Assembly: GCA_023435265.1 (NCBI GenBank)
Contig: JAEYRZ010000180.1
Coordinates: 10,439-74,438, forward strand
Length of the DNA: 64,000 bases
Direction: 5' to 3'
DNA from: Pseudomonadota bacterium
Lineage (GTDB): Bacteria; Desulfobacterota; Desulfobacteria; Desulfobacterales; Desulfosarcinaceae
Part shown: in pieces, positions 63,086-64,000 of the stretch
Layout: every line of letters starts with the position of its first letter
How positions within the stretch are numbered: position 1 is the first letter of the stretch
Notes under the pieces: model-generated
What the model was told of the DNA's origin: nothing
The model's input: only the letters and a program-made list of their open reading frames with translations
The model's database searches: none
Position numbers and translations under genes: made by a program

Positions 63086-64000
63086 TCAGCAGGGACGAAA
63101 ATCCTCCTGCCCCAAATGCTCCAGGGCCTCATCGAACCGGCCGACCGCATTGGGCCAGGCGAAGCGGGCCATGGCCGCGGCCAGTTCCCGGCGCTGCGCC
63201 TCGAATGCGCGGACATCTTCGAGCAGGCGGGCCAGCTTGGCTTCGAGGTCGGCCTGGTCGGCATAGAGAAAATCGGTCCACATCTCCTGCGGCACGAGTT
63301 CGGGGTAGCTGAGGCGGGCCGGCAGCAGCGGCAGGCAGCCGTGGCGGACCGCCTCCACGATGGAAATCCCGAAATTCTCCTGCAGCGCGGTGCTGACCAC
63401 CACGGCGCCCTGCCCAAGCAGCCGGTAATAGGCGTCACGGCCGGCGATGCGGCCGAACTGGACCAGGCGCTCGCCCAGGAGATCGGGCGCGGTGGTGAAA
63501 ACCCGCGGTACATTCGTATAACGCTCACCCAGAAGGGCCACCCGGAAGCGTATGCCGCGCCGCTGCACGGCCGCCAGCGCCTGGAAGAAGGATTCCGGAT
63601 TTTTGTCGTGCTCCCAGCGATGGTTCCAGACGACCAGGGGCGGATCGGCCGCGGGCGCGGGCAAATCGGCCGAGGCATCGAAGTGGCACCCCGGATAGGC
63701 CACCTGCGATTTGGCGGCGATGGCTGCGGCGACTCCGGACGGCCGGCAGTCGGGCATCATGCGGATGAAGCCGGGCAGGGCGGCAAGGAAAGCGGCGCGG
63801 TGGTAGTCCGAGTTGAACAGCACGCGTGCGGCCGCCAGCGCACTGGCGATGTTGGTGAAGCCATACTGGTAGTCCGTGGTTTCCCCGGGCGCAAGCGGGT
63901 AGCAGAGCTGGTTCTCATGGAAGTAGAGCAGTGCCGGAGGGCAGGGTCCTTTCCACAGGGCTTTGAGATCGGCGAGGTTCATCAGGCTGGAAACGATCAG
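63086..64000 (-). CDS. DUF3524-type glycosyltransferase (tRNA-queuosine alpha-mannosyltransferase-like), 5' partial at window end
   Basis: The frame stays open to position 64000. YFHENQLCYP, WNHRWEHDKNP and ENFGISIVEA segments match my recollection of the DUF3524/GT4 family. Confidence 0.7.
   Translation of the reverse strand: MIVSSLMNLADLKALWKGPCPPALLYFHENQLCYPLAPGETTDYQYGFTNIASALAAARVLFNSDYHRAAFLAALPGFIRMMPDCRPSGVAAAIAAKSQVAYPGCHFDASADLPAPAADPPLVVWNHRWEHDKNPESFFQALAAVQRRGIRFRVALLGERYTNVPRVFTTAPDLLGERLVQFGRIAGRDAYYRLLGQGAVVVSTALQENFGISIVEAVRHGCLPLLPARLSYPELVPQEMWTDFLYADQADLEAKLARLLEDVRAFEAQRRELAAAMARFAWPNAVGRFDEALEHLGQEDFRPC

Overview
This is a high-GC bacterial chromosome segment. My hand counts on single 60-nt lines give about 65% GC in typical genes. 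The gene content suggests an anaerobic, fatty-acid-oxidising, selenoprotein-using Desulfobacterota-like organism, but that is inference only. I saw no rRNA, tRNA or CRISPR array.

Most of the window is ordinary operons:
- An M14-like peptidase with a Dpp/Opp-type peptide ABC transporter (1-7431, plus strand).
- pstSCAB (7949-11230, minus strand).
- A long minus-strand catabolic cluster (11451-19755): XRE-cupin regulator, 3-hydroxyacyl-CoA-dehydrogenase-like enzyme, LivHMGFK-type transporter, SDR and a BKACE (DUF849) enzyme.
- A cysteine desulfurase.
- A TetR-controlled beta-oxidation block: acyl-CoA dehydrogenase, acyl-CoA ligase, membrane FeS oxidoreductase and EtfBA.
- A TamB plus Omp85 pair.
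- TetR-SulP followed by a five-gene phosphorelay.
- A USP-HDAC-Cys-rich-polytopic membrane operon.
- A cysteine-desulfidase-family gene, pepA, and a partial DUF3524 glycosyltransferase.

The things most worth a second look are:
1. An HdrD/DsrK-like FeS protein (29428-30744, minus) that the ORF track splits at a single in-frame TGA. A hairpin follows the TGA, so it is a candidate selenocysteine recoding site.
2. A roughly 6 kb low-GC, all-minus-strand accessory island (about 20.0-26.3 kb), bracketed by inverted copies of a MITE-like dispersed repeat. It contains an orphan PD-(D/E)xK-like protein, a very AT-rich two-gene cassette (DUF4279-like protein plus an internally duplicated 4-TM protein), and a TPR lipoprotein plus coiled-coil protein pair. 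A decayed paralog fragment of the coiled-coil gene lies just outside the island.
3. Two dispersed repeat families: a 110-260 nt MITE-like element (4 copies) and hairpins built from tandem 9-mers ending in ACAGAG (4 copies).
4. A recurring ATGAAT-N4-ATTCA(T/G) palindrome placed just after TTGACR-N17-TAAC promoters in the beta-oxidation region.

All functional calls come from motif recognition by eye. No database search was possible.
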